Assembly (NCBI RefSeq): GCF_001194135.2
Contig: NC_068984.1
Coordinates: forward strand, 27,986,960-28,050,959
Direction of reading: 5' to 3'
Length of the DNA stretch: 64,000 nucleotides
Source of the DNA: Octopus bimaculoides
Taxonomy: Eukaryota
Both the position numbers and the translations under genes were made by a program. The notes beneath the pieces are model-generated. The model was given only the letters and a program-made list of their open reading frames with translations, did not search any database and was not told the origin of the DNA. How positions within the stretch are numbered: position 1 is the stretch's first letter; every line of letters starts with the position of its first letter. Positions 61,546 through 64,000 of the stretch are shown piece after piece.

Positions 61546-62687
61546 AGATTATTCTGTCAAATGTCATGTTTGTTTATTTATATTATTTTAAATTAAGTAT
61601 TCATTATCTTGTAGTTTAGAGATTTCGATGGTGTGAGTGCTTAGAATGATATTGCAGGGTTGTTGTTAGAGGCTGGAGCTGGCCAGTTTGAACATAAAAC
61701 AAGTAAAATATTTTAGCCTAATATGGCCGATTTGAATGTGAATGCAGTAGTATAGCTAGGAAGTGAGGAAACGATTCTCTCCGGCTTATGCTTTTATAGT
61801 AGCGGTACTTTTGGGTCTGCTGTTAAAACTGTATAGGAGCAGGGAGCGGAAAACTTAAGGGGTACCCCGGGGATCACACACTCTAGACACACCTCTGTAT
61901 TTTTGTGAATATTTTAAATATAAATTATCTTAAAATTCTCACATTGATAGCTAGTACAAAATGTCACGATAGTTTAATCAATCATATAACCGTGTTGTTT
62001 TGTATTAATGAAGTTCCGACGCCATCTTGAATAAAACGTTCCTTTATCGAAGATGGCACCAAGACCTCAATATTTCTAACGAAATGTTTTCATCAAGTAA
62101 AGTTATAGTGTAGAACTTTATCATATATTGATCTTTTTACAAGTTCAGTCCTCAAGAGCAACTAATTTTTAAATTGACTTTTCTGTCCGTGAGTAATAAA
62201 ATTTTGTCTCACCCATAAACAGTAAAAAAGAAAAAAAATATATATATGTAACTTAGTAGATATAGAGTCGATAAACATCATAAGATTCTGTTTTTGAAAG
62301 CGAAACTTCATCACAAGATATTTTCTTTGAAACAGATAATAACCAAAACCTCAATTTCCTTATCACACATACATACACATATATGTGTGTGTGTGTGTAT
62401 ACATATATACATACATATACACACACATACAGACACACGCACACACATATGTATATGGATATATATATATATATTATAAAATATGCGTGTGCTTTTGTGT
62501 GCATATATATACATAATATATATATGTATGTATGTATGACATGAGAACATTCTATTGGAAGGACACACACGTGCTTCGAATAGGTATCATTCCTTTTCTT
62601 GTTTCTTTTACCTTGTTTCTTATTCTATTTTGATAAATAGTTCAGTTGAAATAATTTGGCCTACATTTTCAGTTTCCTATTTTCGGA

Positions 62688-62706
62688 GTAGTAGTAGTAG
62701 TAGTAA

Positions 62707-62775
<69 letters not shown>
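62688..62775. repeat. (TAG)n microsatellite
   Basis: Read directly. Confidence 0.95.
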
Positions 62776-63939
62776 CGCGTCACTACATCCATCATTTATT
62801 AGTGATTTCCTACTTGTGACGTATGAAACCTTGGATCCAGTTGGTTCGGCTGCCAGCATTTAAAAAATTGAAGCGTATTGAAAATTTTAACATTTGGCAC
62901 AATAATATACTTTTCCAAGCTGAATTGCTGGAGTTATTTCACTTCTTCCAGAAAAGTATTTAAAAAAAGTTATATAAAGGCTTAAATCTTGATCATTTTC
63001 ACCCAGTCAGGATACAGGATTTGGAAGCTGTTATTTTGTGCGTGACTGCACATTTTGTCGTCAATATCCTGAAAATAGCACGTGTTGTCAATATTTGTAA
63101 ACAACACGTCTTTTGTAGTTTTAAGCGTTCAATATGTATTTAATGCGATAGCATGAACTTAAAAGACTTATATAAAAACAAAATAGCACATTACAAATTA
63201 AATAGTTTTAAAAAACAAACATTTTGTTGATCAGTTCTTTGAAATCGAAAGTTAAAAATGCATTCAGTCAATTTTCATATCTCCCGTGCTAGATAAATTC
63301 ACGTGCTCAGTTGTCATCAGATAGATAAAACAGGTGGTTTCAATGTATTTGTCAACACGTGCTTTCTCGCCGACAAAAGAGTTCTCATGTTCGGCTTGTT
63401 ATTGTGGTGACAGACATGAATGTGTCTGTGGCTCACGATTGGCTAAAATTACCAAAATTTTCAACCTTTAATAGCGAATAGCTCTTTATATATTGATTTA
63501 AAGAGAAAATGATTTTCACGTCATTCATTAGCTAATAAAAGTGTATCATTACGCTGAATATGAAATCAATTCGAACAGAATCGATGCTGGCATCGAAACT
63601 GACTAGATCCGAAACTTTTGCCGCACTCAAGCAAACGTCTTCCAGCCCATGAGTCTATTTAGGTTTTACGAGGTCGGAGTTCAGAGTGCAAATCCTACCT
63701 CAACCTCTTTAGATCGTCTTTTACGACATGCATAGGAAATGTTGGGGCTATTCTTTAATATGCCGCTCCCCACACAATACAACTTATATTATTATTTTCT
63801 GTGGCCACATTTTATCCATGACTTTTCGATCAGCCTTTCACCTTTCCCATCACTCAGCCTCTTCTTCTCCTCGTTCTAGTTTTCTTACTTCACCTATACA
63901 TGTATGTATGTACGTATGTATATTTTATATATATGTATG

Positions 63940-63977
<38 letters not shown>

Positions 63978-64000
63978 TAGATAGATCATTTTTTATTTGT

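Overview
AT-rich, microsatellite-dense eukaryotic DNA from a gapped assembly with many N runs. The SINE families and repeat landscape look like an octopus/cephalopod genome; this is an inference from recognition and was not checked against a database. No intact, recognisable protein-coding gene, rRNA, tRNA or CRISPR array is present, and most ORFs in the track are translations of microsatellites, N gaps or SINEs. What is supportable is a transposon landscape: about 25 SINE copies in four families (called A-D here); two R4/Dong-type LINE 3' fragments abutting (TAA)n; a Penelope GIY-YIG fragment split by a DD37D (maT-type) mariner that itself carries a SINE dimer; a 2.3 kb hATm-like DNA transposon; a non-autonomous Helitron with canonical ends plus a second partial copy; a hAT-type MITE; and decayed CR1, RTE and Gypsy relics. 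CpG density alternates in blocks, which suggests methylated gene bodies (about 1-18 kb and 27-49 kb), so small host exons may be hidden here. A few candidates are given at low confidence. I did not find a convincing new biological system. The best leads are an unclassified element nested in a TAA array, an unclassified hairpin/direct-repeat element, a fold-back inversion and several exon candidates.
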